A stretch of 62,506 bases of DNA, counting the filler. It is 6 parts of 6 records of this genome, joined end to end, with 100 filler letters (N's around TTAATTAATTAA, not from the genome) between each part and the next. Parts side by side here need not be neighbours in the genome. Positions count along the whole stretch, not along the records: positions 19,395 to 38,404 come from SRR31156797_1759; 5 more parts are not named here. One strand, 5' to 3'. Of the stretch, positions 20,841 to 31,087 are shown piece by piece. How positions within the stretch are numbered: position 1 is the stretch's first letter; each line of letters begins with the position of its first letter. Both the position numbers and the translations under genes were made by a program. The notes beneath the pieces are model-generated. The model had not been told where the DNA came from and ran no database searches. It saw only the letters and a list, made by a program, of their open reading frames with translations.

Positions 20841-21805
20841 TCTACCATTCTTCTAATTAATTTGTAGATACTTAATATTCTATGTCTTATAAAAAAAGAT
20901 TTAAACTTATCATTAAAACTAATATATTTACTATCTTTTATTTCTTTATAATTATTAATTATTTCCTCCGTATAATAATCAATATGTTTTTTTACATTCG
21001 GATTAGAGCAAAAAATTAAGTTAGTAAATTCATTAATAATCAATTTATAGTGAAATCCAAAAGCATTGTCATGAAGTTCAGGATATTTTTTATTTATTAA
21101 ATCTAACCACCTTTTTGAAGCTATCAATCTATCTAATTTTTTCAATGTATAGTTCGATCTAACCAAACTAACACCTTCCTGATTATAATAATAATAAACA
21201 TTTTTATCTAGACCTATAGCAACATTCTGGCTAAAAATTTCTTCAAAGTAAAACATATCTTCTGCAAAAAGTCTCTCTTCATCAAATTTAATACCACTAA
21301 ATAGCGTTGTTTTAAATAGTTTTCCCCATGCAGTTGTTATTCTATCTTCTTCATTAAACAGTAATTTGAACATATCAAAAGAAGATAGTTTGCTAAAACA
21401 ATTTTTTGAAAATTCTTCATCTATTAATTTTTCTCCATAATATTCTTTAAACCAACCTACAACTACATCAAGTTTATACTTTTCCATCAAATATATCCAA
21501 TTTTCTATTGATTCTAACTTTATAAAGTCATCACTATCAATAAATGTAAAGTAAGTCCCTTTCATTACATTCATTCCAGCATTTCTAGCAGAAGATAGTC
21601 CTCCATTTTTTTTATGAATTACACTTATTCTATTATCATTTTTTTTATATTTTTCACAAATATCGCCTGATTTATCAGTCGAACCATCATTAACAATTAT
21701 TATTTCAAGGTTTGTATAAGTTTGATTTATTAAACTATCTAAACATCTCGCTAAATACTCTTGCACATTGTATACTGGAACAATAACTGAAACTAATTCT
21801 TTCAT
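20837..21805 (-). CDS. glycosyltransferase family 2
   Basis: VSVIVPVYN, NDGSTD, NGGLSSARN, FIDSDD. Confidence 0.95.
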   Translation of the reverse strand: MKELVSVIVPVYNVQEYLARCLDSLINQTYTNLEIIIVNDGSTDKSGDICEKYKKNDNRISVIHKKNGGLSSARNAGMNVMKGTYFTFIDSDDFIKLESIENWIYLMEKYKLDVVVGWFKEYYGEKLIDEEFSKNCFSKLSSFDMFKLLFNEEDRITTAWGKLFKTTLFSGIKFDEERLFAEDMFYFEEIFSQNVAIGLDKNVYYYYNQEGVSLVRSNYTLKKLDRLIASKRWLDLINKKYPELHDNAFGFHYKLIINEFTNLIFCSNPNVKKHIDYYTEEIINNYKEIKDSKYISFNDKFKSFFIRHRILSIYKLIRRMVD

Positions 21806-21811
21806 TTTTCT

Positions 21812-22909
21812 TTAAACCTCTTTCTCGACAGCTTTTTTTATAGCTTCTAAATAATCATGACTATATACTTCATCCGGTTCTAAATAAGCTCCTTCTCCCC
21901 ACTCATTCCAAGCGTTAACATATACAAAATCTAATTTATTTTTTTTATCCAAATTTTGTTTTATATCTATTAAATTTTCATAAAATAATTTTGGACTAGA
22001 ATTCTGATATTCAAACCCTTTATGTTTTCTTCTTGGGGTATTATCCCACATTGGTAATGTTCCAGGAAAAACAGGTTTATTTATATTTTTCTGTTTTTTC
22101 CAATTTACTTTGTATATTTCCCTTATATCAAGGGTTCTTTCCAAAAATTCTTTTTTAAAAAATTTATTAAAATTTTGTTTTAATGCAGTTCTTAAATAAT
22201 AAGATAAACTTGAAAGACCTCCTAATTTATGTTTCAAAGAAAATCCAGGTTCAAAATTATAATACGCGTCTATTAAATTTACTCTTGCTTCTAGCTTACT
22301 ATGTGTATTTCCCGAAACAATATATATTCCATCAAATCCATTTTCAACTGCCATTTTATTCCAAAATTTAATCATTTCTTCAAAATTTTCTATATCAAAT
22401 GTTCGATAAATATTAAGTATAGGTTTGTTCTTTATTTTTATATAACGCTTATCTTTAAAAAAAGTTAGCATATAATTAAAATGTTTTTTCCAATCTTCTT
22501 CACTTCCGTATTCTTGCTTCATCAACACTTCTGTTTCTAAACCATACCAAGTTTTAGTCCAAGTCTCATTTGCCCAACAAATACTATAATTAATGTCAAT
22601 ATCTGGATTATCTCGCAATATTTCCATTGGTTTATTTAGTAGTTGTTTTCCTAAAAACCAATAATGATAAATGCAAAAACCATATATTTTGTATTTTCTT
22701 GCTAACTCTGCTTGCCATCTCCAAACATTAACACCATCATTTAATAAATCATAATAATTATTGTTCAATGGTTTTCTTGGCTGATCATGGCCATCATATA
22801 AAGGTTTAGACGTCTTTACAGCTGACCATTCTGTATATCCTTTTCCCCACCATCTATTATTTTCTTCTATTTCATGATATTGGGGTAAATATAAACATAA
22901 AATTTTCAT
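21812..22909 (-). CDS. WbsX / GH99-like domain protein
   Basis: YLPQYH..EN..WWG.GYTEW, YHYWF, CWANE.W, WDNTPR, NAWNEWGEG. Confidence 0.9.
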   Translation of the reverse strand: MKILCLYLPQYHEIEENNRWWGKGYTEWSAVKTSKPLYDGHDQPRKPLNNNYYDLLNDGVNVWRWQAELARKYKIYGFCIYHYWFLGKQLLNKPMEILRDNPDIDINYSICWANETWTKTWYGLETEVLMKQEYGSEEDWKKHFNYMLTFFKDKRYIKIKNKPILNIYRTFDIENFEEMIKFWNKMAVENGFDGIYIVSGNTHSKLEARVNLIDAYYNFEPGFSLKHKLGGLSSLSYYLRTALKQNFNKFFKKEFLERTLDIREIYKVNWKKQKNINKPVFPGTLPMWDNTPRRKHKGFEYQNSSPKLFYENLIDIKQNLDKKNKLDFVYVNAWNEWGEGAYLEPDEVYSHDYLEAIKKAVEKEV

Positions 22910-24084
22910 AATTTTTTTCTCCTTTTTTTAGTACATTGACCTATAGAATACCAAAATATGGGCGCCAATACTTGAAATGAAAAAACGTTTGATCCAATAG
23001 CTTGTATTAGAAATACTAGAATAATTCCAAATTCAATATAACAACTATTTATATTTTTTATTCCATTGATTACAGCTCTACTTATTATAGCCAAAAATAA
23101 AAATACTCCTATTAAACCCGTCTCGCAATACAATTTAATATATGAACTATCATAAACTCCTATATTTCCATATGCAGCAGAAGCATGGCTCATCGATCCT
23201 AACCCTCTACCTGTAAAAATATTATTAACACTTTGAATTCCAGAAATCCAATTTCCCGATCTTTCTAAAATAGCTAGCCCCATCATGGCTATTCTATCTA
23301 TAAATTTATAAAACTGATTTTTTAATAAAAAATACATCCCAATTATTATTAAAAATAAAATGCACACTTCAATAATAAAGTGAACAAATTTTAATTTTCT
23401 CCATTTTATATAAAGTAAATAATGAAAGAAAAACAAAACAATTACAAAAGCCAACCACGCTGAACGTCTAGCACTCAAGAATAATGAAATAGAAATAATT
23501 ATAAAATAAAACTTATATTTTATTTTGTTTTCTTTAATCATTTTAATAAACATATATAATAAAGCTATTGCTGAAAAAGTTCCTACTGCTGTTACTCCAT
23601 AAAATGATTGTGGCGCTTGTCTTATCCAACCCAACCCAGAATTAGAAGTATAACTATGGTATTTTAAATAATTCCCATAAAACCCTGGTGCCCAAGCATA
23701 TAAAAATAATCCCACAAATAAACTGTAATATATAGCTTTCATTGATTTTTCCAAAAATATTTCTTTTTTTATATTCGTGTTTTTTATAAAATAGAAACAT
23801 ATTGGAAAAATTGAAGATACCATTTCTGTCAAATAAACTGATATTGGGAGTTTTTTTAATGGAAACCATAATAAGCTTATCATATTAAATATAATATAAT
23901 ATATAATCATTAAATCGGATTTAAACAACTTTCTTTTTCTTAATATTTTTATAGATATAAACATCATTCCCAATGTTGCAATTACACCTATTCTTATTAT
24001 ATTAGAAAATAGAGAAAGAATATAAAAGAAAAAAAGGAAAGAATAATACATTGTTCCAATTTCTTTTGTTCTTTTTATTTTCAT
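22906..24084 (-). CDS. wzy: O-antigen polymerase-like membrane protein
   Basis: Many TM helices; RRSA, GRGLG, ETGLIG; cluster position. Confidence 0.7.
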   Translation of the reverse strand: MKIKRTKEIGTMYYSFLFFFYILSLFSNIIRIGVIATLGMMFISIKILRKRKLFKSDLMIIYYIIFNMISLLWFPLKKLPISVYLTEMVSSIFPICFYFIKNTNIKKEIFLEKSMKAIYYSLFVGLFLYAWAPGFYGNYLKYHSYTSNSGLGWIRQAPQSFYGVTAVGTFSAIALLYMFIKMIKENKIKYKFYFIIISISLFLSARRSAWLAFVIVLFFFHYLLYIKWRKLKFVHFIIEVCILFLIIIGMYFLLKNQFYKFIDRIAMMGLAILERSGNWISGIQSVNNIFTGRGLGSMSHASAAYGNIGVYDSSYIKLYCETGLIGVFLFLAIISRAVINGIKNINSCYIEFGIILVFLIQAIGSNVFSFQVLAPIFWYSIGQCTKKRRKKL

Positions 24085-24227
24085 TTTCCCTCCTAAATTA
24101 TTTTTATGAATTTTTTCTAGTTCTCATCTAAGACATAACTTATTTATCAGTTCATTTTTCCGCTATAACTTTTCTTTAGCAGATTACAATTTTATTGTTA
24201 AATTTTTTCAATACAATATAGTCTAAG

Positions 24228-24920
24228 TTAGTAATTTTCCAATATCAATTCAGCTAACCTAAAATCTATAATATTGTCTATGTCTATTGCTCTATCAGCA
24301 TCTATTATTTGTGCATAACTATTCTCTCCATACCAATCTCTTGTTTCTATCAATTTATCAACTTTTGATAAAAATATCATTCCATTAAGCTCATAATATT
24401 TATCTAATTCTTGTCTATTTTTTCCTTTTACTTCATTTTTTATAAATTTATTCATTTTCATGTCATCATTTAAAGTATTTGTCCATAAAGGATGATGTTT
24501 ACATTCAGAAACGCTTATAACAGAATCACCTTTCTTTTCTTCTATTATTTTAAAAGCTTCAATAATATCCTCTGCAGTTCTTAGTGGAGACGTTGGTTGA
24601 AGCTTCATAATATATTCAAACTCTTCTCCATTTTTTTTATAAAAATTCATCGCATGAATTAATGCATCCATACTATCAGACTTATCAGTAGCTAGTTCTG
24701 CAGGTCTTATGAATGGAATTTCAGCACCAAATTCTTTACTTACTTTTGCTATTTCTTCTGAATCTGTAGATACAATTACCTTATCAAACATACCGCTATT
24801 TAAAGCAGATTCAATTGAATAGGTAATTAAAGGTTTTCCATTTAGTTTTTTTATATTTTTACCAGGAAGTCCTTTCGAACCTCCTCTTGCTGTTATAATA
24901 GCAATGTTTTTCACAATCAT
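24228..24920 (-). CDS. neuA: acylneuraminate (nonulosonate) cytidylyltransferase
   Basis: ARGGSKGLPGKN, VSTDS, RP.ELATD, LQPTSPLR, DID. Confidence 0.95.
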   Translation of the reverse strand: MIVKNIAIITARGGSKGLPGKNIKKLNGKPLITYSIESALNSGMFDKVIVSTDSEEIAKVSKEFGAEIPFIRPAELATDKSDSMDALIHAMNFYKKNGEEFEYIMKLQPTSPLRTAEDIIEAFKIIEEKKGDSVISVSECKHHPLWTNTLNDDMKMNKFIKNEVKGKNRQELDKYYELNGMIFLSKVDKLIETRDWYGENSYAQIIDADRAIDIDNIIDFRLAELILENY

Positions 24921-24929
24921 CTTTTACCT

Positions 24930-26201
24930 CTAATCAATATTTTTTATAATCATCTTTTCTTCTAACAATTTTGCTTCTTTTTTTAAATCTTTACCTTTTT
25001 TATTTAATTTATTAGCTATTTCTATTAAATCAGTTTTTCCATCTGAAAAAGACCAAATGTATAATATGTTATCAATAGACTCTTTTCTTTCCTTTGCATT
25101 GTTAGTAGTAGGATATAGGCCATATTTGTCTAATTTTGGCTCACATTTAGTTATTTTGGAAATATAAGTTTCATTTGCCTCAATTGTTTCAATTATATCT
25201 AGATACATTTCAATACTTTCTTTTAAGCCTTTTTCTGAAATAAAGTCTTTATTATCAAGTGAAGTATGATATTCCTTATATGCTCCATACATACTCTTCA
25301 TCAAGCTACCTACAGGAAGATTAAAATAAGGGCTACAGTATTGCCTTTCATCACTCCCCCATGGGAAAAAATCCAAAACTTTATATTTTTTCCCTGAATT
25401 TCTAAGTACGTTTTCTACTGCTCTGTCGACTAAGGAATTTCCTCTTCTACTTTTTTTGTAAGTAAATTCTCCTTCGTCTCCAACACAAGTTATCACAAAC
25501 CCAGCACAAATTTTTTCTTTTAATTTCTCTCCAAATTCATTTAAATATACTATTGGACCAATTGTTTCTGGTACATATAGAAATCTATAACTATATTTTA
25601 ATTTTTTCTTATTTTCTAAAAGATATTTATAAATAGCAGTTTGTACTAATGGGCCTGATAATTCATTATTAGCCATTGAAGGATGACAAACATATGTCGA
25701 TAGTAATATTTCTTCGTCACATTTTCCCTTTATATATCCTTCTCCGATTGTTAAATAACCTTGTTTTAATTCTGAATCTATAAAAACTTCATATTCCTCA
25801 TCATTTAACTCTTTTAATCTTTTATCCTCTAAACAAAAACCCCAATTTTCCTTATAGTAACTGGTTCTATAAGGAATTGCACCTGGCATATCAGGAAGAG
25901 AATATAAATGCTTTAATAACTCTTCTCTTTTTAAAACGCCTTTAAAAGGAACACTATAATTTAATATGTGGAGATTATTTTTCTTAAAATCAATTATTTT
26001 TTCACCATTCATATTTTTAATCCAAGCATCCTTAATATTCCACTCTTTTGGTATTTCCCAATCAAAGCACTTTTTCCCTGTTGGAAATTCTAGTTGTTTT
26101 ACAGGAACAATCTCGTTTATAATATTTAATGTTTCTCTAACTCCATTTCCAGTTATACTTCTAGTTATTGGCCAGAGCTTATCAAATAAATCCATCATCA
26201 T
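24930..26201 (-). CDS. DUF4910 family M28-peptidase-like protein
   Basis: RSITGNGVR.TL, FDW..P.EW, STYVCHPSMANNELSGP, PETIG, GSDERQY, YHTS.D. Confidence 0.9.
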   Translation of the reverse strand: MMMDLFDKLWPITRSITGNGVRETLNIINEIVPVKQLEFPTGKKCFDWEIPKEWNIKDAWIKNMNGEKIIDFKKNNLHILNYSVPFKGVLKREELLKHLYSLPDMPGAIPYRTSYYKENWGFCLEDKRLKELNDEEYEVFIDSELKQGYLTIGEGYIKGKCDEEILLSTYVCHPSMANNELSGPLVQTAIYKYLLENKKKLKYSYRFLYVPETIGPIVYLNEFGEKLKEKICAGFVITCVGDEGEFTYKKSRRGNSLVDRAVENVLRNSGKKYKVLDFFPWGSDERQYCSPYFNLPVGSLMKSMYGAYKEYHTSLDNKDFISEKGLKESIEMYLDIIETIEANETYISKITKCEPKLDKYGLYPTTNNAKERKESIDNILYIWSFSDGKTDLIEIANKLNKKGKDLKKEAKLLEEKMIIKNID

Positions 26202-27292
26202 TTTTCACCCCAATACTTATCAATAAAATTCTTTAATTTATTTATACCTTTCTTTAAGATAATATTATCCACAGCTATTGATATTCTTATCCAACTTGAA
26301 AATTCGTCTCCATATGCTTGACCTGGTATTACTGCAACACCTTTCTTTTCCAATAATTTTTGAGAAAACATTGAAGCATTAACAATTCCGAACTTTTCTA
26401 AATTAATAAAATAATACAAACCTCCATCTGGTTTGTATTCTTTTAGAGCTTCAAAACAATCAGTAACTATTTCAACATTTTTTTTATAATAAGATTTATA
26501 ATTATTTTTACTTTCCAAAGCAATTAAAGCAGCTTCTTGTGAAACAGAATTAGTACAAGTCGCTATATGTTGATTCAGTACTTTCATTCTCATCATAACT
26601 GCTCTATTTTTTGTTAAAACATAACCAATTCTCCAGCCTGTCATTGCATAAGATTTTGAAAATCCATCAAATACTATTATTTTATCAGAAGAATATTCAG
26701 AAAACGAATTAAACTTTCCAGTATAATCATATGTGCTGTAAACCTCATCTGATAATAAGTATATTTTCTTTTTCAAAACTATATTATTAATATAATTCAT
26801 TTCTTTAACTGTTAAAATTTTACCACTAGGGTTATTTGGATTATTTACAATTAAAATATCATAATCAATTCTTGATAATTTTTCTAACCAAGTTTTATCA
26901 AACATATTTACTGATATATATTCTTTTCCAAGCAATTCTACAAGGTGCTTATACCCCAACCAAGCTGGCTCCAAAACACATACTTTCTTTCCTTCCAAAC
27001 TAGCTAATGCATAAAATATGGCTTGTTTTACACCTGGTGTAATTAGTATTTTCTCTTTATTATACAAATTATTATATTTTTGTTTTATTATTTTTTCTCT
27101 TAATTCTGCTATTCCATCAGCATTTACATAGTGTGTTTTTCCCTCTTTTACACTCTCTAAGGTTTGGTCTATTATTTTTTCCTCTGTAGAGAAATGAGGA
27201 TCTCCAATACTTAAAATAATTGAATTAGGAATCTTTGAGGCTTTTTGAGTTATTTTAATTGATTCTGATTGATTAATATTATTAAAATTCAT
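26198..27292 (-). CDS. PLP-dependent aminotransferase class I/II
   Basis: NNPNNPSG, SDEVY, GFSKSYAMTGWRIG. Confidence 0.92.
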   Translation of the reverse strand: MNFNNINQSESIKITQKASKIPNSIILSIGDPHFSTEEKIIDQTLESVKEGKTHYVNADGIAELREKIIKQKYNNLYNKEKILITPGVKQAIFYALASLEGKKVCVLEPAWLGYKHLVELLGKEYISVNMFDKTWLEKLSRIDYDILIVNNPNNPSGKILTVKEMNYINNIVLKKKIYLLSDEVYSTYDYTGKFNSFSEYSSDKIIVFDGFSKSYAMTGWRIGYVLTKNRAVMMRMKVLNQHIATCTNSVSQEAALIALESKNNYKSYYKKNVEIVTDCFEALKEYKPDGGLYYFINLEKFGIVNASMFSQKLLEKKGVAVIPGQAYGDEFSSWIRISIAVDNIILKKGINKLKNFIDKYWGEK

Positions 27293-27312
27293 TTACTATA
27301 CCTCATTTCTTT

Positions 27313-28083
27313 TTATTGACCTTTTATCAAAAAGTTTTTATTAATTTGATAATTTTCTTTAATTAAATCAAACATATCATTCGATTTGATTAAAGAAATT
27401 TTTCCTTTTCCTAAATCAGATTGAGAAACAATACCTGTTTCTTGACATTTTATATGAAATTCATCAAAAGATGTCATATGCTCTTTCTTTTCAAGATCAT
27501 ATACATAGTGATAAAACGTTTTTTTATATGATTTGTCTCTATCTATTATTTCACCTGAAAAACCTTTATCATATCTATAAAACACACCTATCTTTCGTTC
27601 TATATAGTGAATCATTGTTGAGCCACTATCAAAATTTAAATTACAAAATACTCCTTTTTCATCTAAAAATCTCTTCCAAAAAGAATTTTCTCCGAATGAA
27701 TAACTATCAGCATTTTCAGTAAAAAACTTTGCATTTTTACCTATTGCTGTAACTGAAAAATTTGCGTCTATCGATCTTATAGAGTTAGGTAAATCTAAAA
27801 TATACTGAGAAAAGCTTCCACATGTTGACAGCGTATTCTTCACATCAAAACTACTTCCGTTACAAAAACTATATGAAAATGTAGGAACAATTAATGTTCC
27901 TTCATCTCCTATAACATCAAAAAAAGCACTAAAAAACATCTTACAGTATTCATCCATTGTCTTAGCATTTTTTAACCGACCAAAAAAACCCAGATTACTG
28001 TGAATAAAAACTTGATCTCCTTTTTTCAATCCTACTTTCCTAAGTGAAGAAACTATATCATTAAATTCATAATTATATTTCAT
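27313..28083 (-). CDS. AAC(3)-family N-acyltransferase
   Basis: L..VGLKKGD.VFIHS, GTLIVPTFSY, SFG..SFW, TMIHYIE. Confidence 0.88.
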   Translation of the reverse strand: MKYNYEFNDIVSSLRKVGLKKGDQVFIHSNLGFFGRLKNAKTMDEYCKMFFSAFFDVIGDEGTLIVPTFSYSFCNGSSFDVKNTLSTCGSFSQYILDLPNSIRSIDANFSVTAIGKNAKFFTENADSYSFGENSFWKRFLDEKGVFCNLNFDSGSTMIHYIERKIGVFYRYDKGFSGEIIDRDKSYKKTFYHYVYDLEKKEHMTSFDEFHIKCQETGIVSQSDLGKGKISLIKSNDMFDLIKENYQINKNFLIKGQ

Positions 28084-28335
28084 TTATTTCTCCTGTATCT
28101 TTTTATTAATTACCCCAGATAAACCATTTATTGTAGAGAATTCCCTATTTTGAAATTCAGAGTTTGAAAATTCTATCTTAAACTCCTCTTCTATCTCTGA
28201 AATAAATTCAATAAACGAGAAAGAATCAATCCAACCAGCTTCAAAGTAATTTTTCGCAAGTAATTTTTGATCTTCTTCAAAATTAATTCCAACATTAACA
28301 TTAAACCATTCTTCAAGCCATTTTTTACTATTCAT
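28084..28335 (-). CDS. acyl carrier protein
   Basis: 83 aa, acidic, GWIDSF phosphopantetheine serine motif, IEEEF.IEF. Confidence 0.85.
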   Translation of the reverse strand: MNSKKWLEEWFNVNVGINFEEDQKLLAKNYFEAGWIDSFSFIEFISEIEEEFKIEFSNSEFQNREFSTINGLSGVINKKIQEK

Positions 28336-28337
28336 TT

Positions 28338-28997
28338 TTATTTTTTAACCTCCTTTAAACAAACTCTTGAGGGTGCTCCATCACCATTTTTAATTTTAAG
28401 TGGTAACGCTATTAATTCCCAACTTAAATTTAAATCAACCTTATCTAAATTTGCTAAGTATTCTACAATCACTATTTCATTCTCCAACAATTTTTTATGA
28501 ATTATTGAATCTTCCTTACTTAGTAATTTTGTTTTTGAATTGTCAGGCGAAGGCGTATCTAAGCCAATAACATTTAACCCTTTTTTTATTAAATATTCAG
28601 TAGCTTCTAAAGTGAAATAAGGATAATCTTTATAAAATCCATCTCTTCCCCAATATTTTCCCCAGCCAAATTTAAATATCATTCTTTCTGTTATATTTAA
28701 TTTTTTCACCATTTCTAATGTTACTGCTTGATTTAATTCTAGATTTTCAAAATCAACAATAGTTACATCCCCAATCAACCTATCTAATTTGATATCTGGT
28801 ATTGTCTTTCCATTTTCGATAAAATGAAGTGGTGCATCCATATGAGTTCCTGCATGTGTTCCTAAAGTCAATTTTTTAGTTTCTCTACCTACTTTTTCTA
28901 TTATTCCCATTTGCTCTATATCATAGTCACAATGCCAAGGAGCATTAAATCTAAGCATATCTAGTTCTAAGTCATAAGTTAAGTCAATTATTTTCAT
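28338..28997 (-). CDS. cyclase-family metal hydrolase (kynurenine formamidase-like)
   Basis: HAGTHMDAPLH, GLDTPSPD, IVEYL, PLKI..GDGAP.R. Confidence 0.9.
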   Translation of the reverse strand: MKIIDLTYDLELDMLRFNAPWHCDYDIEQMGIIEKVGRETKKLTLGTHAGTHMDAPLHFIENGKTIPDIKLDRLIGDVTIVDFENLELNQAVTLEMVKKLNITERMIFKFGWGKYWGRDGFYKDYPYFTLEATEYLIKKGLNVIGLDTPSPDNSKTKLLSKEDSIIHKKLLENEIVIVEYLANLDKVDLNLSWELIALPLKIKNGDGAPSRVCLKEVKK

Positions 28998-28998
28998 T

Positions 28999-29628
28999 TT
29001 AGTCAGCCTTTCTTTTCATTCCAATTATCTCCACTATTTGATTTGATGGAGTTTTAATAAAAAATATATCCAAATGTCTTGAATTTACATTTAAGCTCTC
29101 TATTTCCGTAACCAAATAACCTTTATCTATAAAAGCCAATCTATCTTTCATAGGATTGGTACTCACAAAAGTTAAACAATTAAAACCTTTTAAATCTAGA
29201 TAATTTGGTATAATTTTTTCTATTTTAATAAAATTAATATGAATTATTTCGGAATTAAAAGAGCTAAAAAATTTCATTGAAGTATTGCTCATTTCTTCAA
29301 ACCCTAAATTTTTCCAAAACATCATTGAGTCCTCTATTGAAGAAGTTTTAATATAGATAATATTCTCTTCTCCAAATTTCTTATAGTCTAACGAGTTTTT
29401 TTCTGTTAAACAATCCGCATATTCAATTACTTCAATATTTATTTGTTCTGCTGATTCAAACATTAATAAGTTATGTTTCTCTTGTTGATAATACATAAAT
29501 TCTTTTTTATTTAACAAATTTGGTAAATTCTTTTCTTCAAAAGAGATCTTATACCCTTTAGAAAGCAATTCATTTCGATTAAAATTCAAATCAGTTATAT
29601 AGGTAATATGATCAAGCTTTACTATCAT
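28999..29628 (-). CDS. VOC/glyoxalase-like protein
   Basis: KLDHI start, S..FW..LGF, C-terminal F...P....VEII. Confidence 0.55.
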   Translation of the reverse strand: MIVKLDHITYITDLNFNRNELLSKGYKISFEEKNLPNLLNKKEFMYYQQEKHNLLMFESAEQINIEVIEYADCLTEKNSLDYKKFGEENIIYIKTSSIEDSMMFWKNLGFEEMSNTSMKFFSSFNSEIIHINFIKIEKIIPNYLDLKGFNCLTFVSTNPMKDRLAFIDKGYLVTEIESLNVNSRHLDIFFIKTPSNQIVEIIGMKRKAD

Positions 29629-31087
29629 TTTTTTCCTCTACTTCCAATTTTAAAGTTTTTCTATCTATTTTCCCGTTAATATTTAATGGGAATTCTTTAT
29701 ATCCTTTAAACAAATCTATTTTATACTCTTTTCCAAGTTCATAAAATATTTCATTATTTATTCTAAACTCCATTTCTTTTGTTAAATTCTTTTCTGAAAT
29801 TAAATAGGAGCATACAATTTTTTCTCCCATAACTAAATCCTCAGTTCCTAGTACTACAGAATGTTCAATAAGGTTTTTACTTTCCAAAAAGTCCTCTAAT
29901 TTTTTAGGACTTATGTTTATCCCGCCTCTTATAATCAGATCTTTTTTTCTTCCCGTTATTGTTAATGTATCATCAGTTAATTGCCCTATATCACCTGTTC
30001 TATAAAATTCTTCATAATAATATTCACTTGTTTTAACATTCAAATATTTTTTCATTTTCCAAGGAAGTTTTACTCCTATTTCACCATCTTCAAGTATCTT
30101 TATCTCAACATTTTCTAATATTTCTCCAACACCATTAGATGACATAGCATAAATATTTGTTGAAATAAATAACAACTCAGATAAACCATAACTTTCATTT
30201 AGTTTCAGTTGATATTTTTTTTCAAATTGTAACTGCGTGTTTTTTCTTAGTGGAGCAGTTCCAACACAAGCTATTATTTTCCCATTTAAATGATATTTTT
30301 TCCCAATATCACCTCTATCCATTTTATTTAGCAAAGCTATCATTGTTGGATTAAACCAAAAGACATTTACTTGATATTTTTGAGGAGTTTCCCAAAAACT
30401 CATTGCTGATGAGAAATCAAATCGCTTTCCTAAAACAAGTTTAGATTCATGTAAAAAAGGTAAAAATATTGTATTTAAGATTCCTGCCATATACGTCATT
30501 GGAAAGTTATGATAAAATACATTTGATGAATTAAACCCAAACTTTTTTCCAAAGGCAATACTACTCATGTATAAGTTCTTAAAACTATGAATAACACCTT
30601 TCGGCATTCCAGTTGTTCCAGATGTAAAAGTAATTAAATAATCTCTACTAAAGTCAGCTTTTTCAATAATTTCAAACTTTTGTTCATATTCTGGCAATTT
30701 ATTTGATTTAATGATATCAATAAATCCAATTTTATTAATTTCAATAGTTCCTAAATCTAATTCTTTTTTTTCATTAATTATTAAATCCGGTTTAACTATT
30801 TCTATCAAATCAATAATCTCTTCATTTCCTTTTTGTGGATCAATGGGTATTAATATATTTCCACTTAATAATGCTACAAAGTATATCAACAATAGTTCAA
30901 AAGAATTTTCAGAGATAACAACTATTTTTCCTTCTTTTTCACTACATATTTGTTTTAAATTATTGCAAGTTGATAATATTTTTTTATAAAAATCTTCATA
31001 GCTATACTCTAATTCGTTAATACTATCATAAAGAAAAATTGCTTTTTCCTTTTTAAATAATTCTATTATGCGATCATTTATTTTCAT
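29612..31087 (-). CDS. AMP-binding acyl-CoA/acyl-ACP ligase
   Basis: TFTSGTTGMPKG, YGLSE, RTGDIG, GRKKDLIIRGG.NI.P, GKIDR; start moved to MKIND (GGAG RBS). Confidence 0.92.
   Translation of the reverse strand: MKINDRIIELFKKEKAIFLYDSINELEYSYEDFYKKILSTCNNLKQICSEKEGKIVVISENSFELLLIYFVALLSGNILIPIDPQKGNEEIIDLIEIVKPDLIINEKKELDLGTIEINKIGFIDIIKSNKLPEYEQKFEIIEKADFSRDYLITFTSGTTGMPKGVIHSFKNLYMSSIAFGKKFGFNSSNVFYHNFPMTYMAGILNTIFLPFLHESKLVLGKRFDFSSAMSFWETPQKYQVNVFWFNPTMIALLNKMDRGDIGKKYHLNGKIIACVGTAPLRKNTQLQFEKKYQLKLNESYGLSELLFISTNIYAMSSNGVGEILENVEIKILEDGEIGVKLPWKMKKYLNVKTSEYYYEEFYRTGDIGQLTDDTLTITGRKKDLIIRGGINISPKKLEDFLESKNLIEHSVVLGTEDLVMGEKIVCSYLISEKNLTKEMEFRINNEIFYELGKEYKIDLFKGYKEFPLNINGKIDRKTLKLEVEEKNDSKA

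Noticed and set aside
27313-28083. AAC(3) gene as an aminoglycoside-resistance determinant
   Set aside because: Coupled to ACP and DUF4910 genes within a sugar biosynthesis operon; a biosynthetic role fits better
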